DNA of 64,000 bases, taken from contig NC_042998.1 in the NCBI RefSeq assembly GCF_006345805.1, positions 117,552,001 to 117,616,000 of the forward strand, read 5' to 3'. This DNA comes from Octopus sinensis. Its lineage: Eukaryota. Below the pieces are notes generated by a model. It had not been told where the DNA came from. It searched no databases and saw nothing but the letters and a program-made list of their open reading frames with translations. A program made the translations under genes and the position numbers. How positions within the stretch are numbered: the stretch's first letter is position 1; the number at the start of each line of letters is the position of its first letter. Below, piece by piece: positions 14,010-27,244 of this stretch.

Positions 14010-14215
14010 ATATGCGATCAACAGTTTACTTGTGAAATTAACGTGCAATTAGCTGAGTAGTCCACAGACACGTGTACCCTTAGTGTAGTTCTCACTGAGA
14101 TTCAGCGTAGCACAGAATTGGACAAGGCTGGCCCTTTGAAATACAGCTACTACTTATTCTTGCCAGATGAGTGGAATGGGGCAATGTGCAATAATGTGTT
14201 TTGCTCCAGGACGCA
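14010..14215 (-). mobile_element. tRNA-derived SINE fragment (octopus OK-like) sharing its 3' module with the SINE at 31615
   Basis: TGAAATTAACGTG...CCACAGACACGTGTAC...GACAAGGCTGGCCCTTTGAAATACA is the reverse complement of about 31815-31925; the upstream part differs. Confidence 0.75.
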
Positions 14216-17200
14216 ACAAAATTATGAGCGCCAACCACTAATGAACATAAGGTTAGCTAAGATATATTCGTGGCTTACTTGAAATTCTCAAGGCAATTTC
14301 ACTGCAGTTACTGAGGACAAAATGTTCTTTCTTAAGTTAAACTGTTACTCCTTTTACGATTACCAGGCGCTGCATTACTAGCTCTTTATTCATAATGAAT
14401 AAGAAATACCCAAAGCGAGGTAATTTTTAACAGGTTTAAAGCTGTAGCCTTAAATAAATCAGTCAACAGCATTGACTGGGCTACACCATTGGAGAGCCAG
14501 GTCAGGAAAAATCACCAGTAACAGCGTCGAGTATTAAGCATAAGTGAACTTTAGTTTAGTTAAGATATGCTTGGGGCTTATTGCCACTCCTCGCAGCTAT
14601 TCGGTGCATTTACATTGGAGAAAAATATTTTTCATATAATAAAAAGATGTAAAAGGGTACAGAGTTTGCATTCAAATCACTAAGGTCAATAAGATAGTGA
14701 AGCTTACGTATGGACTATCTGGTTTGGTGCGGCAGATGATTTCCTTTTGTGTTGATATATATTTGTATAATTTTGGTTTTGAGATTTACATATGTGTTGA
14801 AATACTTGTGCATATGTGCTTGTGCTTTTAGGGCAGGGTGAAATCGCTGTTTGGTGTGTTGAGTGAGTTTAAAGTACTGCATTGATTTGTGGTTTATATT
14901 TGTATAAAACTTTTAATTCTATGTGCACTATTGGATAAGTTGTAGTGAACGTTTTCCTACACTGTTGATTTTGACGCATTTCATAGTATATTACGTAATT
15001 ACTTATATTGTCTTTATTTGTAGTTCTGCATTGTGTTTATATCTAATGTTACATTTTTTCCTTATTCTGTAGTTACACTCATGTGTATCTGTATTTTTTG
15101 TGTATTTTTGTTCGTAGATGAGTTTCTGCAGGCATGTATGATTCTTTGTTTGTGCATATATGGCTACGTGTGTATTTGGTTGTGTGTTTGGATGTTCAAA
15201 GATTTAGGAATCATAACGTAATATTTAAAATAGCGATTTTAAATAGAAATGTAAAGCTCCCTGCGATATCTAATATATCCTATATAATTTTATTTACTGT
15301 ATGAAAGTATGATTTCTATTTATTTATTTCTATTTCAACTTTTCATGCGTTGGTTTTTGTGTCAATTATTTGTATGTAAGCTTCGATATCTGTAATCGGA
15401 TGCAAGTATGAGTGTGGTTATCATTCTTTACAATTAGAATTATTTAACCGCATTGCTTTTTTTTTCAATTTTCATAAATTATAAAGCAATAAGAAAATAA
15501 TGATATGAATGCAGATTTAAATTACTGATTTCAAAGTATGTAAATTCAAATATTTAATATGATATTAGAGGTTTTGAAGTAAAAGACAACATTAGCACTT
15601 CCTAGTTAAATAGTCGAGTGGAAGGTGATTTAACTTACTGAGGATGTTTAATGTTCATCGTATATTATGCAAACTCATGAATTGGGTGTTGAGCAGAAAC
15701 GCGATATGAAGGCAGTTATATTAGTAACTATATTAGTAATTTGTAAAGTTGAATACGCAATTTGTGAGAGAGCAAATGTGTTGCTAATGAAAACAATGTT
15801 ACAATACAAAAATATAGATGTATGACGGCTCTACTCTTGATAGGGAACTATGTAATATAAAAAAAGAAATTTTGAATCCAATTAAATATATTTATAGATA
15901 CACTCACACACATACACATACGCGCACATATGTGTGCGCGCAGGCGTGTATATATATATATGTCTGTCTTTGTATGCGTGCCTGTGTGTATCTTAAATGT
16001 ATGTGAGCGACTGTGTGTGGTGTTATTATTCCTGTATTACCGATATTAGCAAAAATTCCACAAACGAGATATTAGAGCAGATATATAGCTGTGAGATAAA
16101 ATTAACATTTGTACAGATATTGAAATTAAGTAGCGAAATACACATCCTGTTCATACGTTAGACTTAGAACGTCTGTTTTTTTACCAAAGTTACGACGCTA
16201 GAAAGTGAGAAAGACGGCATGGACTTTAGACCAAACCGAAAGAATAAACCTACACAAGACACATGCTTAAGCATTTGTGTGCTTATTTTCGTCAGGTTAT
16301 AGGAGAATGAAAAAATAAAATATTTTCAAGTCAGTGATAATTCTAAAAGTGACTATTCATTTCGAATTATATTTGTTACGATTTTTAGTTTGCAAATTGT
16401 AGATAAGCAACTTTCGTATATATCATATTAGCTGGATAAGTACTTTAATCTTCAGTAATGCATAATAGAACGATAATGTTTATATGAGACGAATTTATAT
16501 TTTAACATATCACCAAACCGCTGTATAACAGAATACATGAAGTATTACCCCGCAAAATATAAATGAGAGCAAACAGTAAGTTGAATCTATGATTCCGATG
16601 AATATGAATCCACAGAGTATCAAACACATCATAAATATGACTCACTTATGATATACTAAACCTTATTACAATTGAAATATCTGTCATATAAAAAGCAATC
16701 AACTGAACATCAAGACTTTTCATATATTATATAAGCCTTACACCTCCTTGCACCATTTCTTGTTTGATAGGACTTGTTTTCTGTCACTCATACAATTTAG
16801 AGCTCACTAAACGACGTGGGTGGGATACACTCTTTAGTTGTCTAGAGCCAACAATGCACACATTTGTATCTCTATTAAAGATTTATCTTGCATTAGAAAA
16901 ATTAAATTAGAAAGTAAGCAACAAATTTCCTTTGGGCAGCAAAAGACAAATAGTGGCACCTACATATTCAAGTGTTATATTTTGGAATTTCGTTTTATTT
17001 GTCTTAATAAGGAAAACGCTAGATTTTGCTTACATCAATTGTACACACACAGGAGAACACGTATACACTCACACATACACACACACGCACAAATACGCGT
17101 GCTCACACGCCTACATGGACACACACATATCTATACTTAGTCGTTATCAAAAAATCCATTCTATTCAAAATCTCACTGCTTTCTGATACTGAATAAAGAA

Positions 17201-18949
17201 TCCTTTAAAACGACACTTGCAATATATCATGTTTATATGGTTTCTAATCACTCACAAGCGCATTACTTTTCTAGAGCATTTGCGAGTTGATATCGCACAT
17301 TATTTTAAATCGTCAAATATTTCCACCTGACAAGGCGGATCAATAACACTTGGTTAACCTGATGCATTTAAATCAATAAGAATACTTTCATGTACAAACA
17401 TTTCACAGTAAGTGGATCTACGAGTTTCGTCAGCCACTATTTGAATATCGCAGGGTTATGTGGTTTTATATAGTTTGTCGCACTTTTCTTCCGTTCTACT
17501 GAATTTTGAGTATAAGCATTGATAAAGATATTTCATACAGATTTTTTGAAGGTATAATTCTCTTTCTCTGTTTTGCACATTTATCTTAATCCTCCCACAC
17601 TGATTTCTTAATATAATTACAAGACTTCCAAATAACATTTGTATTCTTCTAAGTCAACTTGTTACCAATGCAAATACCTTGCAAGATGACTTGCTTTGCT
17701 TCAGTCGTATTTATTTCTTGTCTAGGCCTTAACACTCCAAGTGACAAAGTCATATGTTTTTTTGTTTTTTATTTTGCTCCAAGGATAATTTTGGCGATCA
17801 AAACAGTATATTTTAGCATTATCATATTGTTGATGAATTATCTATTGGGCTGGATTTCGTCCACTGTAAGCTAGTCACTTATTAGTCTTATCTGAACTGT
17901 AAGACAACATATGTTATTGTGAGGACGAATATTTCGTAGTTATTTCAATCTTTCTGCTGTGGTATGTAAATACAATGACGTATGTTATGAAGTAAAAAAA
18001 AAGAGATTTAAATTCTTAATCGCAGTAGCAATCATAGAGAATACATTTTTCAATACTACATTTCAGAAAAGTGTAAAATAAATATATGACAATGGACACC
18101 TTGAAGGGCTGGCGAGTTGGATGGTGTTACATCAGTAATCAAATGAGGAGGTATCTCGTGGAGATGGTGACTTAATACGACTTTGCTAGACAGAATGCTC
18201 AGGGATAGGATACTCTGGGAATAATGTGACAAATGGTGAACGCGCCAGTGCATTGCAATAGCACATGCGTCCACACTTGTACTAGTCAATGTCAATTTAT
18301 TCGCATATAAAATATCTCAATTTCTTAGAAAACGGTACTTCTATATACATACAAATGCCATAACACATTTTAGAATATTTCAAAGTATATCCATTTGACT
18401 TTTATCCTAAAGGATGGGAATTACTTGCTCTCGGTTGAGAATCTTGAAGGCAAAATAATATTTCACAGATTGGAATTATAAAATATTTTGCGCCGCATCT
18501 TGTCTTAATTCATTTATTCTTCCCCAGAATATAACGACAATCTAGACAAGAATTAGATAATCAAATGCCTTGTTCATGTGTTAGTATAAATTATTGATTT
18601 CACTTGACACTTCCCCCAAGACCAATCGCATCTGAAATGGAATGTTGAAAGTAGAAGTACCTAACTTTGGAATACTTCACAAAACCTTAACTATGTAAAC
18701 ATCTGCAACGAAGTCAGAGTTGAAGCCCAAGACAAGATGGAAATCGAATTCTCGCTTGCCCGTGAAATCCAAAGTAAAGGAAATCTGCAATGGCAATTTT
18801 TCGTGAACAGATGGAATTCAGATGTGATACGGTGAAAATAGCAATACAACATATGACATTGGTTATTTTGATAAGAAGTCGAAAATACAATACATAAAGT
18901 GGACTATCCTCTTAATATTTTCATGATTTAAAGTTCAAATGAATTTCAC

Positions 18950-18957
18950 TACTACTT

Positions 18958-19030
<73 letters not shown>

Positions 19031-19135
19031 AACAACTACTACTGCTACTACTACTGCTGCTGCTACTGCTGCTAATACTGCTGCTACTGCCTCTACTGGT
19101 GCTGCTGCTACTTCTGCTGGTGCTGCTGTTGTTTC
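18950..19135. repeat. Compound trinucleotide microsatellite (ACT)n grading into (GCT)n
   Basis: A long pure CTA run, then ACA/GCT interruptions. It produces the spurious poly-Thr/poly-Ala ORF. Confidence 0.95.
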
Positions 19136-20404
19136 TTAACCTACTGATAAACTGAACATCATTATCTTGAATCTATTAATCTAAACATAAATTCATTATA
19201 TCCTTCTATATACTACATCCTCCTGCATATTTAACAAGAATTTAATTGAATACCATGTTAAATTTTACCGTAAACGATTCGTATGGATCAATCAAAATTG
19301 CTGTACATACATGCGAGCAGGAAATGAAAACAAATTTTTAAAAAATAATATTAGGATAAATAAAAATATATAGCTCATTTTGTTCTTTTCACCAACGAGA
19401 GAAATCTGGCAAGTCGAGTGTGTTAGATAATCAACACACACACTAATAAAAAAAAATTAGTTTTAACGTTTTGATGGATAGTTTTATAGCTGTAATAACT
19501 ATTATATTTTATGGCTGAAAAACGGCTGCCTAAAAATTTCTTTTCTCTGGAAATGTGTAACCATGTGTATTGCTGAGGTAGCAAAAGTTGCAAGGGCGTT
19601 ACGTCGTCAATATTTAACTGATTTTAAACGATGACCTCTTGCAATACGACTTCAATTATTACATTAACTTGTTCTAACTGAATTACTTCCTATCCCTACA
19701 AGTATTAACTGATTGTAAAATAACAACATTTACTTGTCAGTAGAGAGGCCTACGAATTTCTCAACAATATCTCTGACATCATTACACATTTTGAAATTTG
19801 AAGCTTCAGTGTGTATCGGTGCGTTTTATGAAGGAAATATTTAACTCTTTTTCCTGGTGAAAGGAGGACGAAGGTATTCAGGTGGACGATGATTCCGTAA
19901 AGGTTTACCAGGCTTAAACTTCAGAAATCCTGACAGTAGTCATAATCATCACATTTTATTTATCATTCAAGAAAAGACACCTACACTTTGTACATTTTAT
20001 ATTATTCAGCAGTTTCTATTTTAAAAAACAGTAAAAACTACTTCTTCAAGTTCACCTATAATGCTGTAATATTTACTTGTGTTTCGAATAAATAGAGATA
20101 CTTGATTACTTAATGTTTCTCGAAGTGTGATTTAAATTGTGTTACAACTCACAAGCGCACGCAGGCGTACAAATATGCTCACGCAAACACACGCACACAC
20201 AAAAATGCACACACATAAACGCATACAAGTAAAGCACACACGTAAATGCACACACGTAAACGCATAAACGCGAAATTACATCGGTCGTTTAAATTAACCA
20301 GAATAAAATCAACAAACTTTATTGCATTAAGATACATAGATACCCACCACACACACACAAGCACACAAACACACGCAGATGCAGACATACATGTACACGT
20401 ACAC

Positions 20405-21290
20405 ACACGGTAATACATAGATATGTATACAAATAGATATACACACACATACACACACACCCATATACATGCCCTCACACACACATACGCAGTTACATAG
20501 ACACGCCTTTTCACACAAAAGTGTATACGTACAACACCAACACACACACACGTGTCACCTCACTTCTCACAAGCGTGTCACCTCACATACACGTACACAC
20601 ACACGTAAACACACACACACGTGTCACCTCACTTCTCACAAGCGTGTCACCTCACATACACGTACACACACACGTAAACACACACACACGTGTCACCTCA
20701 CTTCTCACAAGCGTGTCACCTCACATACACGTACACACACACGTAAACACACACACACGTGTCACCTCACTTCTCACAAGCGTGTCACCTCACATACACG
20801 TACACACACACGTAAACACACACACACGTGTCACCTCACTTCTCACAAGCGTGTCACCTCACATACACGTACACACACGGTAATACATAGATATGTATAC
20901 AAATAGATATACACACACATACACACACACCCATATACATGCCCTCACACACACATACGCAGTTACATAGACACGCCTTTTCACACAAAAGTGTATACGT
21001 ACAACACCAACACACACACACGTGTCACCTCACTTCTCACAAGCGTGTCACCTCACATACACGTACACACACGGTAATACATAGATATGTATACAAATAG
21101 ATATACACACACATACACACACACCCATATACATGCCCTCACACACACATACGCAGTTACATAGACACGCCTTTTCACACAAAAGTGTATACGTACAACA
21201 CCAACACACACACACGTGTCACCTCACTTCTCACAAGCGTGTCACCTCACATACACGTACACACACACGTAAACACACACACACGTGGAC
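20405..21290. repeat. Hierarchical minisatellite (194-bp unit x3 with nested 69-bp unit)
   Basis: GGTAATACATAG starts at 20409, 20879 and 21073 (periods 470 = 194 + 4x69, and 194). The 69-bp unit starts at 20551, 20620 and so on, and contains CGTGTCACCTCAC twice, 23 bp apart. Confidence 0.93.
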
Positions 21291-21978
21291 ACGCTCTCAC
21301 ACACTCTCATAGGCACATATGGAGACGCACATTCACACCCTCATACGTACACACCTTAGCACCCACGCATTCACACAGTCGTCACCTCGCCTCTCACCAC
21401 CAAGTCGAAATGCGGCTGCTAAACAGTTCGACAACATTGCTTTATGCAGACATGACTCACAGAAACACACACTACCACACACACTCACATACACACACAC
21501 ATGCGCGCGCACACATACGCACCAACAAACACACACGTAAGCATACACTAGTCGCTTTCGCACTCCTCTCTTAGAAAAGACTATATCGCTTTCCAATTCA
21601 CGTTACTTCAGCCATGTAACCACACACACGCTCTTCCTGGAACTTCCCTTTCCGACAGAGAGCCATGCTGGAAATATTATACATCTACTCTTTTCTTTCA
21701 TCTTATAGTGAGCGTCAAGCTAATACATTCCATGTGTACATCTTTTTGGATATAATTGTTTTGTTATTTGCTGTTTTAATTTTCACACGCTCCCATAGAT
21801 CTTCTACGTCCTTCCGACGATGATTTGTAGCACGGAATTATTGGATTGCCTACGCCAGATTACAATACCCTTGGATTACGCTACTCTTTGAAGTCAATCC
21901 ACGTGTCGTTTTTATGCCTATCATATATATATATATATATATATAATATATATATATATATATAATATATATATATAC

Positions 21979-22036
<58 letters not shown>

Positions 22037-22083
22037 TATATATACATATATACATATATATATGTATATATATATCTGTATAT

Positions 22084-22124
<41 letters not shown>

Positions 22125-22125
<1 letters not shown>

Positions 22126-22510
22126 CTCTTTACTCTTTTACTTGTTTCAGTCATTTGACTGCGACCATGCTGGAGCACCGCCTTTAATCGAGCAATTCGA
22201 TCCCGGGGCTTATTCTTTTGTAAACCCAGTACTTACTCTATCGGTCTCTTTTGCCGAACTGCTAAGTAACGGGGACATAAACACACCACCATCGGTTGTC
22301 AAGCAATGCTAGGGGGACAAACACAGACACACATACACTCATATATATATATACATATATACGACGGGCTTCTTTCAGTTCCCGTCTACCAAATCCACTC
22401 ACAGGGCTTTGGTCGGCCCGAGGCTATAGTAGAAGACACTTGCCCAAGGTGTCACGCAGTGGGACTGAACCCGGAACCATGTGGTTGGTAAACAAGCTAC
22501 TTACCACACA
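22125..22510 (-). mobile_element. Nearly complete tRNA-derived SINE
   Basis: The reverse complement starts TGTGTGGTAAGTAGCTT...GGTTCCGGGTTCAGTCCCA (A/B-box-like), then CCTTGGGCAAGTGTCTTCTACTATAG, an internal microsatellite, and a tail ending at (TA)n. Confidence 0.85.
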
Positions 22511-22594
22511 TATGTATATATTATAGAAATATATATATGTATATATAAATATATACAGATATATATATATATATGTATATATAAATATATACAG

Positions 22595-22648
<54 letters not shown>

Positions 22649-22678
22649 CTGTATATATTTATATATACATATATATAT

Positions 22679-23290
22679 AAAGCTAATCCAAACAAGAAAA
22701 CAAAAGCAAAAAAACAACAACGCAAGGACGTGGAACAAATAAAGTATTATTGGACGCTCAGGAAAGAAGGGAAGAATGAGGGTCTGATGTTTCGAGCGGA
22801 GCTCTTCGTCGGAAACATAGGAGAAGGAAAGATCCCGAGAAGGGAAGACAGGGTAAAAAAATCGCTAGTGATACAGGCGAGGTCACATACTAAAAGACGG
22901 AAGTAGTAAAAGTAGAGGAATAATGTTTTTTAAAAGACAGGAGAGCTATATCAAAGACAGTAGGTGAAGAAAGTGAGAAGGGGAATGCGTGCGGGGTGGT
23001 CAGCGTGTGCGCGTGTGTGTGTATGTGTGCAATCATGACACGTGTGTGTGTGTGTGTGTGTGTATGCGTGTGTGTGTGTGTATGGCGAACAACTGGCTAG
23101 CAGGCTAGTAGTAAGAATTAAGGAGTGTTGTTTAGGGTCCAATCGCAGGTCAAAAACAAGTAGGTATGTGTGTGTGCGTGTATGTATATGTATCGTGTGT
23201 GTTTTGTTTGTAGTATGTGTGTGTGTATGTGTGTGTTTTTGTGTGTATGCGTGGAGTTTGTGTGTGTGGCGATTAACTGTGCTTAACTTA
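22679..23290 (-). mobile_element. PLE-like terminal repeat/tail (family B) carrying a minimal hammerhead motif
   Basis: 22679-22887 is an inverted copy of 42519-42732; it ends at (TA)n. Confidence 0.7.
22782..22816 (-). ncRNA. Minimal type I hammerhead-like motif, variant core (family B, decayed copy)
   Basis: Minus strand reads GTTT-CCGACGA-A-GAGC-TCC-GCTC-GAAAC-AT-C-AGAC. Helix I has one G.U pair; the helix III palindrome ACGT is mutated to ACAT. Confidence 0.5.
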
Positions 23291-23851
23291 GTGTATGTGT
23301 GCTTGTATGTAGATATATGTATGTATAATTGTGTGCGTGTATGTATGTGTGTGAGTGTATGTATGGTTGTGTGCTGTGTGTATGGGATTTATGTGTGGGT
23401 TCATTTGTGTGTGTGTGTGTGTATGTATGTGCGTGTAGTTGTGTTTGTGTGCGTGTATATGTGCGTTTGTATGTGTGTGTGTGTAAGTGTATATGGACGT
23501 ATATGCCTGTATCCGTGGGGTTGTGAGTTTTTTCGCGCGTGTGCGTGCGTATGTGTGCGCATATTTTGGTGTGCGTATGTATGAGTGTCTGTGCTTAAAT
23601 GTGTGTACGTATGTGTATGTGTATGTGCGCGTGTAGGTATATATTGTGTGAATGTATATGTGTCGGTGTGTATGTGAATTAGTGTGTGTTTGTACGTGTG
23701 TATGTGTGTGTACGTGTATTGTATATATATGTAAATGTGTGTGTGTGCGTGCGTGAGAATGAATGTATGTATATAGGTGCGTGTGTGTACAAATGTAGGG
23801 GTTTATATGTGTGTTTATATGTTTATATGTATATATATATATACAGATATT

Positions 23852-23912
<61 letters not shown>

Positions 23913-23916
<4 letters not shown>

Positions 23917-24122
23917 CCATGTTGATTCGTTAGCTACTGCACGCATTTTTTTTCTCTCCTTCTTTCTGTGTTCTTCTCTCTGTGTATCTTTCTGTTGAAG
24001 AGCGTAGGCTCGAAACGTCAAAGACTTGTTTTATTTATATTTCCTGAGCGCCATACTAATACAATTGTTCGTTTGTTTTCCACCTGCCTTCGTCTTTTGT
24101 TTATTTTCATAAAGCTTCCCGT

Positions 24123-24123
<1 letters not shown>
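23913..24123 (+). mobile_element. PLE-like terminal repeat (family A) between two (TA)n tracts
   Basis: Highly similar to 28500-28712 and more weakly to 27845-27985; it ends ...CCCGTT(AT)n. Confidence 0.8.
23987..24024 (+). ncRNA. Minimal type I hammerhead-like motif, variant core (family A)
   Basis: TCTTT-CTGTTGA-A-GAGC-GTAG-GCTC-GAAAC-GT-C-AAAGA: 5-bp helix I, 4-bp helix II, palindromic ACGT helix III and a GUC triplet, but A6 is U. Confidence 0.6.
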
Positions 24124-24153
<30 letters not shown>

Positions 24154-24233
24154 TTAGAGACAAAACCACTATTTTGCAAATCAAACAAGGAAAGACTTAA
24201 TCAATACATAAAAAATTTTAATATAAAGTAAAT

Positions 24234-24287
24234 AAATCGCCACTACAATTGTTTCCTGTCTTCAAATGACATTCATCAGGTGGATTT
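24234..24287 (-). ncRNA. Type I hammerhead ribozyme motif (PLE-type, palindromic helix III)
   Basis: Minus strand reads AAAT-CCAC-CTGATGA-A-TGTC-ATTTGAA-GACA-G-GAAAC-AATT-GT-A-GTGG-CG-ATTT. The core is intact; helix III is the palindrome ACAATTGT; GUA triplet; helix II closes with an A.G mismatch. Confidence 0.75.
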
Positions 24288-25176
24288 CGTATCTAAAAAT
24301 ATCAATATTTAAAAAAATAAATAATTTTAAAATGGCTAAAACTATAAATAATATAAATTTATCAATGAAAAAATATAAAAATATATAATCTATATATAAT
24401 ATAATCAAGAACTAAAATAACCTCTATAAACAATTGAATATAAAGAAACCTATTTTTAAAGTTCTCATATTTAAAGATCAAGAATCTAATTTCAAAAAAC
24501 AAAAAACAAAAAACAAAAAAACAAAAATAAAATAAACTATATATACACACATGCTTATACACATATATCTAAGTATATATAAACATATCTAAATACATAC
24601 ACTAACTCACACGCCCATATATATCTCTATACATACACATAAACATCTAGTCAACGATAAATTAATAAAATAGCCAAATACTTCAACACATTACTTATTC
24701 ATACTCCCTCACACACACATACAGCCCTCATTCATAAACACACTCACTCTGCATGACAACCACACAACCAGCATCCGCATATACTCAACCACAACAACAT
24801 AAACATTTCATTCTGCGCGTTATGAACGAACGTTATTTAAAAATTATGAATGGAATAGAATGGAATAATATGTTAATAAACGTAATTAGACAGAATTTAC
24901 TATAAAATTCTTTAATAAAACAATCATGATAAACGAAACCCATATATACATATAATGATAAAACCTCCCTTTAACCAAACACAATAACATATCTATATAG
25001 CAATCCCCTAATCTATACATTCACATACAAATACACACACGTATAACACACACCCACAACATATACATATACCCACTCACACATACATATACATACGTAC
25101 AAAACTCGATATATACACCAATATATTCACACCCACACCCATATAGGTGAATAAATAAATATATATACATCCATAA

Positions 25177-25207
<31 letters not shown>

Positions 25208-25704
25208 CACTCACACATATCATCAAATACACATATATATAAAAATACACACATTCACAAGAAAATAAATAAATGAATATTTATTATATGTATATATGAG
25301 TGTGTACACGCAAACGGGTGCAATCTCACGCACAATCAAACATGCATGTATACAAGTGCATACACAAGCACACACTTTTACATAGCGCTCATGCACTCCC
25401 GCATCTACACATGCACTTATACACGCTCACACGTGCACACACCCCCATGCACATGCATATTCACGGACACTCTCCTAAACATCTAAATATACGTATATAT
25501 GGCTACAAACAATACCCATATAAATAAAACTACCATGATAAACATACCAAGCTATAACTCTAAAACAAATTTATGAATGTGAATAATAACTTGTATTGAG
25601 TTATTCTATTAATAAATCATTTAAAAACAGACCTATCTACTTATCAAAGTATGTCTAAATTATTGATAATTAATAACAAAGAAAATATGATAAATAGAAC
25701 ACTC

Positions 25705-25764
25705 CATAAGCAACAAGATTAACATAAGCAACAAGATTAACATAAGCAACAAGATTAACATAAG
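25705..25764. repeat. 18-bp tandem repeat x3 (CATAAGCAACAAGATTAA)
   Basis: Three exact copies plus a partial copy. Confidence 0.9.
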
Positions 25765-26221
25765 GAGAAAAAATACATACCTTCTATTCAATTTTAAAGT
25801 TATGAAGTGAATTTAAAGTCTAACCGTTATAACGTTTACAAAATTACGTTACCATAGAAATATAAGTAGAACATATTTATAATAAATTCTCTGCGCGTTA
25901 TGAACGAACGTTATTTAAAAATTATGAATGGAATAGAATGGAATAATATGTTAATAAACGTAATTAAACAGAATTTACTATAAAATTCTTTAATAAAACA
26001 ATCATGATAAACGAAACCCATAAATACATATAATGATAAAACCCCCCTTTAACCGAACACAATAACATACCTATATAGCATACCCTAATCTATACATTCA
26101 CATACAAATACACACACGTATAACACACACCCACATCATATACATATACCCACTCACACATACATATACATACGTACAAAACTCGATATATACACCATTA
26201 TATTCACACCCACACCCGTTT

Positions 26222-27056
26222 GCAAACATCCTTCCCACAGACCTAGTACCCCTAGTAAGCACTCCGTAGAGTATGTCCTTGGGGATCTTTCATACGACTA
26301 ACATGCTTGCTTGAGGACATCTTCGTTGGGGACATGATTCTGCCATTTGATGCGAAGGATTTTCGAAGGCAGCGCAGGTGAAAGATGTTTAGGCGACGCT
26401 CTTGTCGTGTGTATGGCGTCCAAGTCTCACTTCCATACAGTAGAGTGCTAAGTGCACATTTCTGGTAGATCTTCATTTTCGTGGTCTTGGTCAGCTTATT
26501 GTTGTCCCATGCCCGTTTGGAGAGTTGGGCCATCGCAGCAGCTACTTTGCCAATGCGTATATTGAGCTCAGTATCAAGGGATAGGTTGTAAGTGACGGTA
26601 GAGCCAAAATAGATAAACTTTTCCACCTCCTGTAATGTGTGGTCTCCAATATGTATTTTTGGGATGTCCGATGTAGCCTTACCCATGATGTTGGTCTTCT
26701 TGAGGCTGATAACTAAGCCAAAGTCGTTACATGCTTGCTCAAAACAGTTGATGAGCCTTTGGAGGGCTTCTTCTGTGTGTGATACCAGAGCGGCATCATC
26801 AGCAAATAGCATCTCCTTGATCAGACGCTTTTGATTTTGGTCTTGGCACGCAGCGCGAGAGATTGAACAGTTTCCCGTCACTTCTACTGTGCAGAAACGC
26901 TCCATCATCTGATGTCTGAAAGGCATGTGAGAGCAAGAGCGAGAAGAAGATGCCAAGTAACGTAGAAGCAAGGACACAATCTTGCTTTACCCCGTTTTTT
27001 ATTTGGAAGGCGGATGTTGAACCATTGTGCTTACCCCATAAAGGAATTATATTAGG
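26222..27056 (-). mobile_element. Decayed RTE (BovB-like) LINE RT fragment
   Basis: NGVKQDCVLA...LIKEMLFADDAALVSHTEEALQRLI...FIYFGSTVT...LLYGSETW...RLNIFHLRCLR, with frameshifts and a deletion. Confidence 0.92.
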
Positions 27057-27059
27057 TAC

Positions 27060-27180
27060 AATTTACCTATCTTGGCTCCACCCTCACCTACAACCTATCC
27101 CTTGATGCTGAGCTCAATATATGCATTGGCAAGGTAGCTGCTGGGATGGCCCAACTCTCCAAACGGGCATGGGACAACAT
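27060..27180 (+). mobile_element. Inverted second copy of an internal segment of the adjacent RTE
   Basis: Reverse complement of 26500-26617 with about 10 mismatches in about 118 bp (manual alignment). Confidence 0.9.
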
Positions 27181-27244
27181 TTGCATCTAGTTGTGTGAAT
27201 GTGCAAATGCATACATAACCGTATATACATACACCCCTATGCTT

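Larger units (their letters stand above)
24150..26217 (-). mobile_element. Long non-coding PLE-like tail/terminal repeat with a hammerhead and an internal 328-bp direct duplication
   Basis: It begins at (TA)n with AATTAGAGACAAAACCACTATTTTGCAAATCAAAC, which is also seen at about 53639-53690. 24813-25140 is repeated at 25891-26217. Orientation is inferred from the hammerhead. Confidence 0.55.

Noticed and set aside
15638-15665. CTGAGGA followed by a GATG/CATC stem
   Set aside because: No GAAA or NUH half follows.
18060-19930. Three GC-richer patches (about 18.1-18.3, 18.7-18.8 and 19.85-19.93 kb) as possible exons
   Set aside because: Short open frames exist on both strands but give no recognisable domain or consistent splice phase.
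20551-20880. CRISPR-like array or repetitive His/Thr-rich protein
   Set aside because: The units are contiguous and identical with no unique spacers; the context is eukaryotic; the ORFs are by-products of a 69-bp period divisible by three.
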